From: Lingula anatina
Taxonomy: Eukaryota; Animalia; Brachiopoda
Direction: 5' to 3'
DNA length: 64,000 bases
Assembly (NCBI GenBank): GCA_051362555.1
Contig: CM120647.1
Coordinates: forward strand, 10,416,001-10,480,000
The notes beneath the pieces were generated by a model, which did no database searches, was not told the origin of the DNA, and was given only the letters and a program-made list of their open reading frames with translations. Numbering within the stretch: position 1 is the first letter of the stretch; every line of letters starts with the position of its first letter. This document shows, in pieces, positions 50,494 to 63,971 of the stretch. The translations under genes and the position numbers were made by a program.

Positions 50494-53400
50494 TATCTGC
50501 GAACATTTCATATTGGTCTTTAGGTGTTTTCCTCTTGGGTCTTTCTATTAGAGGCATCTCTATCTCTTCAGGGAGAAAATCCTCAGCATTTACAACACAT
50601 CCCTTTTCCTGGTAATATTCCAACAGTGACTTCCATACTTTGTCAACTTTAAGCAGATTGTCATTTCCTGAAATAATATATCATTCACATGGAATTCCTA
50701 GTTTCCGCAGTAAAAGCTCATGTCTGAAAAATGCCTACAGACATATACTGGAGCTTTAACATCCCTTTATTCTGGAATATATACCCAGTACCACCCAACA
50801 AATTACTGCAACCAAAACTACACTGTAAGATGCTTAATGAAAGCAGCTACTTTTTGCCTATAAATACATTGTAAACAACTCTTTAAAATATAATAAATTT
50901 TATTTTATCAGTTAAAGCAGAAATTCTGAAATTTGTGGTTGTCACGTGACCTCCATAGATGTCTACACTCTGTAATAATCACTTAAGAGAATATTATAAA
51001 AAAAAACTTTTTAGAAAAAAAACAAGGACTAACTTTGAATGTGGAAATGGATTCATTAACCATTGGTACGTATGGAAAAATTATCCTTTATCCTAGGAAA
51101 ATCCATTGTTTGGCCAAAATGAACAGTTGTTATCTTTATAAATATCGATGTCTACCCAACTTTTTTAAAAGTGCTTATTTTACAAAAGCTGACAAACATA
51201 TTAAAGTTGAATTTTCAAGCAAGATTTTTAGGGGTCAACATGTCAAGTTATTAAGGTAGTAATTAACAGTAAATTGTCAAAATTTGGGTGTTTTTCTGAA
51301 TTTGTCAGTATTAGATAGATGAAATATCAACTACATATCAGCCTATCTTAAAATAATGGAAGTTTACAAATAAACACGTAATTTTAGCCTAATTGCTGAT
51401 TTACCCCTGTGGTAGCGTGTCTGAGTTTTAAAGTAGGTTTCACTTGTCCATATATGTGTTTGATTGGCAGCTCCACTGTGCAGCTGTATATTTCCCGTAC
51501 TAGATTGCTGCTAAGCCTTTCACATTCTGTGAGTAACGTCGCGCTTTCACTTGCTAAACAATACTTTTCATTTTGAATTTATCAGTGAACTTAATTCTGA
51601 TGATCTGTTAAAGCTTTAAAAAGCAGACATATAGATGAGACGTATATGGGCAAAGGCACTCCCCCTAGGTGTCACGTGGTGAAGAAGGCTGAGGTCACGA
51701 CTAACATGGTGGCTGCTGTCAATGCATGGAGGGGGCCTCCGGTTGAAAATGTTCAATAATAATGTTGAAAATGGATGAAAGACATAGTGACAGTTACATA
51801 GGCAGTGAGTAGAGGGCTGAACCAGTTTAAATAACTAAATTTCTCAGCTTGCCAATGCAGCTCACTGATTATATAACGTTGGAATCTCCGGGGAGCACTA
51901 AAAGGCTGATTTCTCCGCTTCAGTTTATGGCTTCAAGAGAACGATTTAGACCAGTGTCAAAATAAATTAGAACTCTCAACCGATGAAAGCTGGTATTCAT
52001 TCATTAGATCTAAGGTTTGTCTGAAAGTATGTGTCTGGGATTTCATAACATCAGCTCCGTTTTCAACTTAGGCATACTTTAGTTAGGCTAGGGGGTCTCG
52101 TTGAACTGGAAACCAAGTTTATTTTGATATCTCTGCTAATTTAACACATATCGCTAATTTGAGGCGCATTCTTGTTGATCCCTATGAGGGCTCACAAGTC
52201 AAGCTGTCTACACATGTCCATTTGTAGTGGACTTCTAGTTTTTAAGGTGTAAAGATTATGTTGAGCACACCTATTAAGCATTATATCTCATTACGTAACG
52301 ATTACATAATAAAATAAGGATATGAAATGAAGAGCTGTTGAAATAAGCTTTCTATTGATATGTAACATGTTGGTATATCTTGGCCGGTTTAGAAGATAGC
52401 TACCCCTGTTATCTACATCCTTAAGTGTATTATCTTGAAGCTATAGTTGAGTTGGGGGAGGGTTAGGTGGTTCAAATGCACTGCCCTTTTGGTCAGAAAG
52501 GTTGGGTCACCTAGGAGGGAGGTAAAAAGCTACTTTTTTGATAAAGTACCTGGTCTCCATTCTGAAATCACCGACTATACAGACTTGTCTTAAATGTTGC
52601 CCTTACCAACAATAATGAGTCCCTTCTTTGCTCTTGTTAGTGCCACATTGACCTGGTTAGAGTCTATGATAAAACCAAGGTTCTTTTTGCGCCATCCAAG
52701 AGTTGGCCTCTCAAGTATATCATAGTCTGGGAGAGAACGAACTGTGCTCAGGAGTACATAGTCCCACTCCCCACCTAAAGTGATAATAAATTTTAATTAC
52801 ATTGGATTCCGTTCTCTACATAAAGATGTATGGTATTTTACAGCTGCAAGCTAGGCAAAGGTGGAGTATTCATGAAAAGAGCATTTAACATAATATGCTT
52901 AACAATTACATATTATATGAGTAATAATAAAACAAGTGATAACAAAATGGGTATTCATATAAAGAACGTTGAAGAAATGATGTTGTTGAGAATAAATATA
53001 TACTTCAAACTTATATTGGTGGTCATGCGCTCCATCTATTGAAGAACTAAGTAATCACAATGTACATTAAGTAAGTAACACTAACACTTATTATGCTTTC
53101 AAAACAATCATTAAAATTTCAGTAAAGCATCAACAGTATAAATACCCTGTGCTCCTACTACAGTGCTGACATTTGGGTAAGGTATTATTTTTTCCAGTTC
53201 TTTTTTTATAGCATACACCTGAGCTTTGTACTGGGACAGGACCACAATATTGGAGGGTTCAATGTTGTGTTTTGTGACTAGATTTTTGTACATCCGCACC
53301 TGAAAACAATTGATAACAATGTACTGGTAGGAATGCATCTGTCAAATTAAAAGTGAAAGAAATCATACAATAAATGATTATGAATCAGGCTAGCTGTATA

Positions 53401-56400
53401 ATAAAAGTGGAATGTTTAGCATTTTAAGTTCACACAGCAGATGATATTTATCACATAATGAAGCTTACAACATGTTTCATTTCATCTTCGTTGCTCTTAG
53501 ATCTCTCACTCCCTTCACGTGTGGCAACAGGCAGGGTTGTCTCCTTTCCTTCAGTACAGCAAAATACAATAGCTTGGGGCTCGTCCCTTCCTGACCAAAT
53601 TTCCAACTCTGGTGACTTTCCTTTCAGTGATGAATCTGTCTCTAGTTTTCCCCCATAAAACTTCTCTGATGGAAACTGGCATATGGTTTCATGCTAAAAG
53701 CAAAAGTATGTAAAGAGTAAATTAAGGTTAGACCCCATTTCTATAGATTAGATCGATCTACTTTAGATCAACCTAACTCCATGGGGGTTCACGCTAAATA
53801 GCTGTCAGCCGGGCGGACAAAGTTAATTACCCCCTTACAGCTTGTAGTAGGCGGGACGGACATTTAAGCCAGATTATCTGACAGTAATCAAGTGAGACTC
53901 CCCGCGGGGATTGATCGATCCAAAAGCTCTGGGAGTACAGCCTTAGTCTTTCAGTCTGGCAGCTAGCTAATGATGACATTGTTCTAATTGACACTTTTAT
54001 AGAGCAAGCTAAAACATCACAATTAAAGTAATAAGTGGCAGACTGACAGCTATTCTTAAGCTTACCATTCTGTACTGAGTTTTAAGCATCATAGCCTTAT
54101 AGGAGTATCTTTCAAACAATGACAAGGCAAGACCCAGATCACTTGCTGCTTTCAGAGGAACCACTGGACGTAACTGACGATGGTCTCCGAGAAGGATTAC
54201 TTGGTAAGCATTTGAAGCAACTATTGGCACCATTGTTTCTGGTTCCATGCACATTGCTGCTTCATCTATCATAAGCTGCCTGAAGTTTAAACCAGTCAAT
54301 TTCTGGCTACCACTGACAGAGCAGGTACAGAGGATGACCTCCGCTTGCTGTAGAGCCTCCTGTTCTGCCTTGGCCACTGTTGCTTTATATTTTGTCACAT
54401 CTTCATGGGTTACAAGAAGAGGTTCCGTTTTGAACATCTCATCAAATTGAAGGATCTTCTTGCTATAACGGTTTGAACATTCCCTGATCAAGTAGTGAAG
54501 ACTCTGAGGTATGCAGTGAACATCAATTTCAGTGTCATCCTCTTCATCTCCATTCGTAGACATTTTTTTCCATGATCTCCTGTGTACAGGTTGGGTAGGA
54601 ACGGGAAAATCTTGGGACACAATTGTATCACTATACACACGAACAAAGTTTGGACAAATGTTTTCCTTGTCTTTCTGGTTAAAATGATACATCATCATAG
54701 CTAAAAATAATATTATAGAAATTTAAAAAAATCAAAATTACAAAAGAAAAACAGAAAATAAATAAATTGTCCACTACAATTTCAAAATTAATGTTACTCA
54801 AATAAAAGATTGCATTTATGCATTTAAATTAACAAAAATAGATCCATTCCTGTGACAGGTTTTGATGGTTAATGAGGTGGAAAAAGACTTAAATGAAAAA
54901 ACAAAAATTTACGCTCGGCTGTTTGGGTGTGCATGCATGTGTGCATGTTAAAAGTTTTACAAAACTTTTAAAGTCAAAATAAATGAGCTGCTTTTTGTTC
55001 GACAATGTTCTGCAGAAGAATTATCAAAGTGAAGAAATCTGTAACCTACATGCTAAATGGTCCAAAGATTTGTTAGATGGCCCACACACCAAGATCTTTG
55101 GAGAAGTGTCAGGATCTGCATTGTTCAACCCTTGTTTGTTCCATTCATTCAAGATGTACAACATGTTAAGTGCTGTCCAGGTTTTGCCAGTTCCTAGAAA
55201 ATGACAGGGTTCTCCATATCATTTTTAATAAACAGTTATAATAAAGTACAATGGCTGAATATTCCATGATTTCTTGTATGTGTCACAAAAAAAAAATTAG
55301 TAAAAAAAGTTTTCACCTACATCAGCAAGTAATTTTGATCTTGGTAAAAAGGTTTTGACTGAGTGGGGGTACTACCTTTCCCTAATACACATTCTTAGTT
55401 TCACATAAATTATTCATAGCAACTCACATTTCCAAAAGGGTTAAAAAATTCTGGTCACAGTAAGTGTCCATGTTTATAATTCTTTCAAGTAATAAATGTT
55501 AAAATTCATAAATATGACGAATGTAGGTTTGGCATTTAATCGCACAATAAGCTTCATTTTGACGAACAAAACAAACCCCTGCATGAGCATGATAAATTTT
55601 TTACCTGGTGGCCCTTGTATGAGTGAAAAAGGAGAATTCAGTGCTTCAGTAACAGCGTTCTTCTGACTAAAGTTCATTTTTGCAATGTATCTTTCTAGTT
55701 TCTTCTGGCTGTCTTCAATGAATTCTTTGGGCACTTTAATCCCTGTAAAAGATAAATTGAAGCTTTTGCTTAAGAGAGAACATCTGTGACATCATGGTAG
55801 CAAAGCAATTTTTTTAATCCTTAAATTCTGAAATAATATCTCAAAACCTTATATTAGTACTGATTCTGACTCCACAAAGAAACAAATTACCATTCCTTAA
55901 ATAATTTAATTTGAACTGTATGGTAATAGTATCAACAAACAGCATGAGACCATAAAAACTGGCGTCTGCACTGCAATTCACTTCTCCACAACTTTAAATT
56001 TCATTAAACTCTTTCCAGCTAGGTTCTTGCTCTTATTTACACCTAACTTACAGTGTACACCTCTTTGATAACAATACTTCAAGTAATGTCTGCTTTGATA
56101 AATTTCTGTTGAGTGGAGATCATATAGAGAAATAATATCCTGTATTAAATTAAAAAAAAAAAAAACACATACTTACACTTTTGATAAATTATAGTTTTGC
56201 CCCAAACCCTCTCAACTGTACCCTGTATCACATACCTTCCCTAGTTTTGTCAATATCTGATAAGTTTCCAGTTGCAATGCCTTTTGCTAATGTAGATGCC
56301 TTGTCTAGATTCTCAATGGCATGTTCCATCCTCCTTTAAAAATAAAAAAATCAACTTCAATGTTGCACATTAGGTTATAAAAACATCATCAACGAAAAAG

Positions 56401-59400
56401 GCTACATATATAGAGAGTTCATTTAACAAATTGTCACAAACATTAACATTACCATAAATAAATATCTCAACACCGTATCTTTAATCAATATACAATATAT
56501 ACTCAGAAAAACAATACATACTTATCTGTTGAAGTCTTTGGAATCACTTCTAACGTACACACACTTGGCTGCTGTAGCATTTTCTCTGTAGGGTGACAAG
56601 ACTTATCATGTAGCTTAAAATGAATGTAACTTCCTTGCTCTTTCACACCAGTAATCACTCCATGTCCAGTCCAGATGTAACTTTCACCTTTGTCCCTCTC
56701 CCCCATTTGTTCCCTCTCTCCATAAGTTTGTGCTGCAGCTGGAATCCTTGGGCAAATGATGCACAAATACTCTGAAAAATGCTCCAGGTCATTGGTTTCC
56801 TCGCTGTCACTTTCATCTTCATCCTCATCAGCATCAGAATCTTCCACTTCATCTCCGTTCACATCTTTCATGAAAAAAATATGTCTTTGCTTGCAAAACT
56901 CTTTACCGAGGCTAAACTGACCTTTGTATACTGGCAGATTATTTTTCTCATCTTGTATCCAAGTGATTTTAACATTGTTTATGTAAAAAGATTCATCAGA
57001 CTTGACTGCTTCATAGGCAGACTCCATGGAAAGGATTGGGCGCCAAATCTGCTGGTATTCATCTATGTCACGGTAGCGTTCTTTGCTAGCCTTACTGGCC
57101 ATATCCTCGAAACATATAATAGGGTTCTCTTTATGGTGCACACACAAATGAAACTGGTCAGTCAAACTCAAAATCTGTACCCTTGGACGTAGAAATCCTC
57201 GTTCAATCTCAGCTGTGAAAAATAACTTTAAAACATCTCCCCCTTTAAGCAATAGAGAAAACTGTTTGAAGTGATCAAAAATCATTCCGCCACCTGGTGA
57301 TTCTGAGGTTAGATAAGGATCCACTTGCCTCCGTTTCACATTTTTCACAATTTTCTGAAGAAAATTTTTTGACCCATCTTGGTCCCCCTTCACGAATTTG
57401 TCTAACATGATCTGCCAATCCCTGCCTGCAATCTGACGGACATGCCTTTTTGTATCAAGTTCTGTTTGGCTTACTGATAATGCCTGGCTTTCATTTGGTA
57501 TTTGGTCATAAATTCGCTTTCCCCAAGCCAGCACAGTTCTTGCTTTATTATCCTCTGGCAATTCAGGCTTTTCTTGCAAGGAAAGGGATGCATATTTGAT
57601 TGTTTCACATCTCTTTGGGACAAAATTGTAATCTGGATTTCTGAACAGAATGTGGTCTTCTTCCATGGCCTCTACTATTGTATAATGAGGCCTTACAGGG
57701 TCACTGGACAATTTAAAAGCATAGGCTAAACAATCACAATCCTTACTAAAATGTTTCTGTTTCAGTACACCAAGATTGTAGAGATGGCATATTTTCTGAA
57801 CTGCTTCTGAATTATATGGGGATGCCATGTTCCCCAAATGTGCTTTCAATAATCTGTGCACAATCAGATCAATGTATCTGCGCACTGGAGAAGTAAACTG
57901 GGTATAAGGTCCTATGTTCATTCCAGAGTGTACTATTTCATTAGGTTTAACATAAGCAGAACAAGTGACTCTTCGGTGCATCTGAATACTGAACCACTGT
58001 TGTAATACATGGGCATGCTGAGGATGCTTTTGCTCCTGACAAACAAGAGTGAAAGCGGTCTTCCAGTCATCACAATTAACAGCATTCTCTATTGCTTTCC
58101 ATATGTCTTCCTTTATTTCAACCTTAGGCATAACATATTGTGGAACATTACCAAGACATGGCAATTGTAATCTATGGGGGTCAAAGTAAAGCATATTTGG
58201 CAGGAAATGCTTGAAGTTATCTTTCCAAATGGTGTATAATTCTTCCCTTGGAGGAAGATGTTGCACCAGAATTGTGCTGTCAGGGTATGCCTTCAAAAGG
58301 ACTCCTGCCACATGTTTGTTTGCTTCTATCATCCACTCTTCCACTAACTGGTGGCTCTTAAAGTTTGATGAATCTTGCAAATGGTCAGCATCATAAAGGA
58401 AAAAAGCTCCGGTTCCTAAACGCTTAATACGGAGAGCATGTGACAGGTCATAAAGCATTTTCACAGGAAAAAACTCCTTGGTTGTTGTCTGGTCTTCAAT
58501 TATTTGCTCCACTTCATTGTAATTCAAATTTTTGTTACAACATATGACAGATTCCACAATGCTAGGCTCTTTGGTGAATAAACCATCTTTGTTTATGGTG
58601 AAAATAACAGATATTGTCAGCTTATCTTCCCCACTGCGCAAACTACAGAGATCTTCACTAAGTCTTGGAGGCAGCATGTGATAGGGCTTGTGATCTTCAC
58701 AATTGGGGTAAAAAGTTACACTGCGCACAATGGCTTCCTTGTCAATGGCTGCCTCAGCCTCAACATAATACGCAACATCTGCAATGTGCACAATGACTTG
58801 AAACTCGTTTTCATTATTTGTTTCCTCACAACTCAATGCATCATCAAAGTCTTTTGCATTCAGTGGGTCAATGGTAAATGTGTAGATGCTCCTGAAGTCT
58901 TTTCTAGAGTCTAATTCATTAGATGGGATTTTATAGTTATTGCCATAGATTGTGTGTAAAAGCTTTCTACTTTGTGCAGTGAATTGATGGGTCAGACGGT
59001 ATTGGATTTTCAGCAACTCCAGCCCATTTTCCAATGAATTTGCTGCTGGTTTCACATCTACCACCACTCCCAAAGGATATCGGCAATGATCTTTCCAGGT
59101 AAGATATCGCACAATGAACAGCCTGTTGTGCTTGCTCTGGGGTTTTATCATTTCCGTGTATACTAATTCCATTTTTGCTTCATTGTCTCGTCCTTCCTTT
59201 ACTCTGTATACACTGACAGAATTTTCCCCACCATGTTTATTGAAAATCACTACCTTGGGCATTGTTTTACAAATAGGTTTCATCAAAGAACAGTTATAGT
59301 CATCAACACTACAGATGAGTTTGTACTCTTTAGGTAGGGGTAGGTGGGCAAGGACACCAAGGACCCTGCCTCTTTTCACAATTTCACCTGTAGAAGGGTC

Positions 59401-62400
59401 AACAGGATCTATTGGCAAGTCAAATATCTTGACCACAACTTCTTCACCACTAAAAGCTTGACCACAACGCTGTCTTCCATAAATCTTAATTTTGTCCACA
59501 GATGCATCTCTCTGAACTGGAATGCATGTTGCTTCTTGTGATGTGTCTATCTGGAAAATACATCTCTTGTATCTGTCAGGATCTTCTTCAAGTTTCTTTC
59601 TTAGTAAATGTGGCTCCAAACATTCATAATATGATTTTAGACCTCTGCTGCTAAAATAATCTGAACACATGTCCCCAGAACAGTCAGACTCCTCAGAATA
59701 TGTGTCAATATCCAAATAACTGTTCTGTAACCATTCATCTATGCGTTTGCGTTTGTCACCATACTCTATATCTAAAATGCTTCTACTTTTAAGGGGGATC
59801 TTGGCGGGTTTTTGGTCATACTCTTTTTGCAAGGCTTTCATAATAGCATCAGTGTCAGGATGTTCAATATCTGACTCTGCATAACCATCTCTGCCAACTG
59901 GACAGGGAGAATTGCTTCTGGATGATTCTGTTTGTGTTGAACAAATGGAAACCTCACTCCCACTATACTGACTATAGCCAGAGCTGATTCCAGAATCCTC
60001 TGAAACACTTGATAATACTGTATCAGAAAAGGTGGGACTGTCTGGACGCATTTTCATGGTATCTTGCATTTCATTTTCAGACATAATATAACTGTGAAAC
60101 TGTTCCAAAGACTTTTCAATCCACTGAAGGTTTACATTAGCAGGTTTCACACCTTCATGCTGTGCTGATATATCCAAGTATCTTTTCCACACACTCTGAC
60201 ACAAACCAACTGAACATAAGGCAAGAGGATCGCCGATCACCATGACAAGAGATCTGGCTCTTGTAAAGGCAGTATTCAGAAGTTTTGGGTCTGACAATAC
60301 TCCCAGATGATGACCTTTTTGTTTTTTATCACTTACCAGTTTTTGTTTTGTACAAACTGTACTCAGTAGTATGGCCCAGTATTCAGTGCCTAAAAAATAT
60401 CAGCATCCGTAAATATTTACCATTGCCTTAGACCCCTTTACCACACCTATATCGGATCGGACCTAAAAGGATCAGTCCATCTCCAAGAGTTTCTCCCTAA
60501 ACTGCATTCAGCTTAAGTGACTCTGATGTCTGGCACACCTACTGAAGCTGTAAGGGGATATCGCTTAGTAGCTTCAGTAGGCATACCAGGCATCAAACAA
60601 CTTAAGCTAAACGTAATTAGCAATGATCACCTCAGAGATGGGTCAATCCTGCTAGATCGATCTAGGTATGGGAATGGGGTCTAACAATCAAAAGTACTTC
60701 TTATGGCTATGAAAAGGCATTATTTTGTTTAATTCAGATATAATCAAACCTACTTTGTGTGTCAACAAGCCCTTGGGTATTAAGATTTTTATTACACTGC
60801 ATACTTAATGGAAAATAAATTTACAAAGAAATTACAGAACTGGTAAAACAGGAGATTGAATACAACTGATATGATTGGATGAAAATGGCCATTGCACATA
60901 AAACTTAATAATTACCCTGGGCATTCTCAATTACATCCACAACAACTTTCTTAGAGTGGTGGCCAAGGTCCTTCCCCTTGAGAGCATTTCTGATACACTT
61001 CACCTGCAAAATTTATTTTCATTTGATGTGCATATCTCGATCATTTTAATTTGCCTATTGTGCAAATTCGCTTGAAGAATCTGTGTCCTTGATACATTAT
61101 GTACATGCATGCAAAATGCCAACAAATGTGAAGAAAAGTCACAGATGAGAAATATGAATAAATTGGATACTGGGATATACTGAGACCATTCACTAGACCA
61201 TTCACAACAAATGTGAAGAAAAGTCACAGATGAGAAATATGAATAAATTGGATACTGGGATATACTGAGACCATTCACTAGGTAAATGACCTGTTTAAAC
61301 TGAGATCCCTTTCTTGTTCAATGTTGGCTTTTCCAACCATTCCCAAATGGCTTCTTTGATGCCATGTTTGACCCACTTTTATCCAATGGGTAAAAGAATG
61401 TTTACTATACACTAGGGCCCGTATTCCAAGATGTTCCTTAAAATAGGGCTAAGGTCAACTTTTATAAAGGCTTCCTTTGATGAGATGTTCCTTGGTAAAG
61501 GAAGGCCTAACGAAATGGTATTCTAAGACCACACTTTAGCCTCTCCTTTGATAAGGAATTACTTTGACAAAAGTCAGCCTTTAGGTAAGGGACACTGACA
61601 TAAAGGAGCTCCTCATTGGTTAGAGTAGGCATTTGTGACACCCTCCTTGTTAAAAATGCCTCAGTAATATTGTATAATTGGGGTCAACTGATCAACTTCA
61701 TTCATGCAACAGCGCATATGGACATTATCACTGCATTTGGATTTTTTGATCTAAGCCAAATTTAGTGAACAAAGCAAATATGGCAAGAAGAGAACATAAT
61801 GGTTTGGAGGATGAGAAAACCAAAGTCGTAGACCCCTTTCTGATATCGAAAAAGCAGCTACTGATGCAACTAGTCAACAGAGAAAAGCCTATCCTCGATC
61901 AAACCCCTGTTTGTTTGTCTGTCTTTTTGTTACCTCCACCAAGTAGGTTATGTTTTCATCCCGTTTGTTTGTCTGTCTGACTGTCTGTCTGTTGGTTTGT
62001 TTGTTTGTCATCAATATAACTCAAAAAGTTACAAGCAGATTTTGATGAAATTTTCAGGGTAGGCCAGAAATGGGATATATTTGAAGTGATTAGTTTTTGG
62101 TGGTGATCAAGATCAATAATCAATCAATTATCATTAATAAAAAAAACTCAAAAAGTTATGGACCGATTTTTATGACATTTACAGGGTAGGTCAGAAATGG
62201 GTTAACTTAGAAGTGGTTAGTTTTTGGTGGTGATCAAGATCAATAATCAATAATCACAAATAAGTCAAAAAGTTATACGTCGATTGTGATGAAATTTTCA
62301 TAAACTGTCACAAGTGGGCCAAGGAACAGATGATTCGTTTTTGGTGGTGATCTGGATCAATAATCAATCAATAATCAAAAATAAAAAAACTAAGTCATTA

Positions 62401-63971
62401 TTGAATGAAAATTGGGTGGAGACTTCACTCTCGGAGTGCTTTTCTAGTTGAATAAATTGATTTTGAATTTAGGCAGGCATGTTGGTTTATATAGTCCTCC
62501 GTGGAGCTGATTTTCACAAGAGAAATGTACACGATGGCTGCTTAAGGAAGACTAAAGTTACTCCAGACCAACCTTACATTATGAGGAATCCTCAGGCGAA
62601 AATAAAGGAAATCTTTAAGAAAAGCAGATTCTAGAAATGACCGATTCCTTTGCTAAGGATTGTTAAGTGATTCCTTTCAAGTGAGATAAAGAAAGGTCTT
62701 GGAATACAAATGTTGTATAAGGTCGACTTTAAGTCTCCCTTAACGCTGAAGGGAGATTCTGGAATACGGGCCTAGATATTTATTTGATACAACTTTCCAG
62801 TGGTTAAAAACTCTGCTACCCTCAGGATAACTATCCAGAGGTTTACAATTTTATACAAAAGATAGTGTTATCCATAGAATAGTGCTATCCAGTATTAATG
62901 AAACTGGGACCAGATGACCAGTCCATCCACATCATTTACCCAGTGAAAGGTCCTAGGTTGAGACCACAATGTCAGTTAGTTGCTGTAGGAAAGTTCCAGT
63001 ATCAGAGTCATTCATATTTCTCATTCTTATTCTACTGGAGTCATTCATATTTCTCATTCTTATTCTACTGGATGCCTCACAACATTTACTCAAGTTACAG
63101 GTATGACAAGAAAAGAATCACCGAAATGTGAATAAAGGTGCAGAGTGACATTTCCTGTAGTCTGCAATGTGGGAATTAGAAGCTTATATTTAAAATATTA
63201 CTTACCTGTTCATAGTATGGAGTAAGAATAGCTATTCCATCACTGTCCATTTGCTCTGCCAAAGGCCATGATTTAAGGAGCTTCTCAGTTTCACTGGCAA
63301 TTGCTTCTGCTTCTGCAATGTTATAGTATGACATACCGCACTGGCTGAGTTCCTGCTTTCCTTGAACCATACAAAATGATAAAGGAAAATAACCTTCAAA
63401 ATGTGGAATTTCTCGTCTTGAACATAATTTGGTTTTATAGAATACATCAGAGACAAAGTCCAAGATTTCCCGGCAATTTCTGTAGTTCCCCGAAAGAACA
63501 ACTTTGTACTTAGTGTCTTTTCCTTTTTCGTAAAGCCTAAACAACCTCTGAAACATGGTCTGCTGAAGCCAGGGTCGCACAGCATTGCAATACACATTTG
63601 GGGTTACTTGCATATGGTCACCAGTGAGACAAAGTACTGTGTCTTTGTTGGCCAACAGTAATGGAATCAGACTTTCTGGTTCTATTGCTTGTGCTGCCTC
63701 ATCTATCAAAATGTGTGTAAACTTCCCAGACACACTTGTATCAAACAGCAAAATGGAAGACTTCAGTGTAGTGATAATGATGTTGCTTTTTTGTAGCCTG
63801 GATTCACTGGGCAAGGTTAGTTTGGTATCATCATGTTCACAATACTGTAAAATGTCTGTGCGGACATCGCATATGGACTTTTGGTCTTCATAAACCCTCA
63901 GAACACTCACTGTTTTCCCCCTTTCTTTCAGGAAGGGTTGCAGGTACTTCAGAATATAAATATCAGCAGCA
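50494..63971 (-). CDS. HELZ2: HELZ2-like protein: SF1B (UPF1-like) helicase 1 - RNB (RNase II/R) - SF1B helicase 2; 5' end lies beyond the window
   Basis: Exons 63971-63206 (FTHILIDEAAQ, LTGDHMQ, NYR), 61003-60916, 60389-56522 (LNTAFTRAR; RNB FTIDPLNAKDFDDALS, VHIADV, YTQFTSPVRRYIDLIVHRLL), 56333-56236, 55742-55605 + 55193-55050 (LIQGPPG|TGKT), 54700-54066 (IDEAAM, GDHRQL, QYRM), 53693-53469, 53299-53146, 52774-52607 (NQVNVALTRAK) and 50667-50494. Confidence 0.92.
53731..53942. mobile_element. MITE family A copy
   Basis: TTA/TTA TSD; the internal sequence is the inverted counterpart of 48895-49099. Confidence 0.8.
60431..60681. mobile_element. MITE family A-related copy
   Basis: GACCCC...GGGGTC termini with TTA/TAA flanks, an internal palindrome (CCTACTGAAGCT..AGCTTCAGTAGG), and similarity to the copy at 10099. 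Confidence 0.7.
61120..61281. repeat. Two-copy tandem duplication of a ~77-bp unit (period ~85 bp)
   Basis: CAACAAATGTGAAGAAAAGTCACAG...GAGACCATTCACTAG occurs twice. Confidence 0.85.
61416..62772 (+). mobile_element. PIF/Harbinger deletion derivative with a Myb/SANT-like ORF remnant
   Basis: TIRs GGCCCGTATTCCA...TGGAATACGGGCC and TAG/TAG TSD; frameshifted MARR..F..EK.LLMQLVNREKPIL at ~61780-61900. Confidence 0.8.
61925..62447 (+). mobile_element. Non-autonomous Helitron/Helentron-type element nested in the Harbinger derivative
   Basis: Starts TTACCTCCACCAAG.AGGTTATG, has a (GTCT/GTTT)n microsatellite, about three internal ~120-bp tandem repeats, and a 3' hairpin CACTCTCGGAGTG followed by CTAG-TT. 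Confidence 0.65.
63005..63072. repeat. 33-bp tandem duplication
   Basis: GAGTCATTCATATTTCTCATTCTTATTCTACTG occurs twice. Confidence 0.85.

Noticed and set aside
50780-52540. Intronic region with GTCACGTG motifs and higher GC that may be a transposon
   Set aside because: I could not define TIRs, a TSD or coding remnants by eye.
56655-59541. Antisense and alternative-frame ORFs in the large HELZ2 exon
   Set aside because: Short shadow ORFs without motifs.
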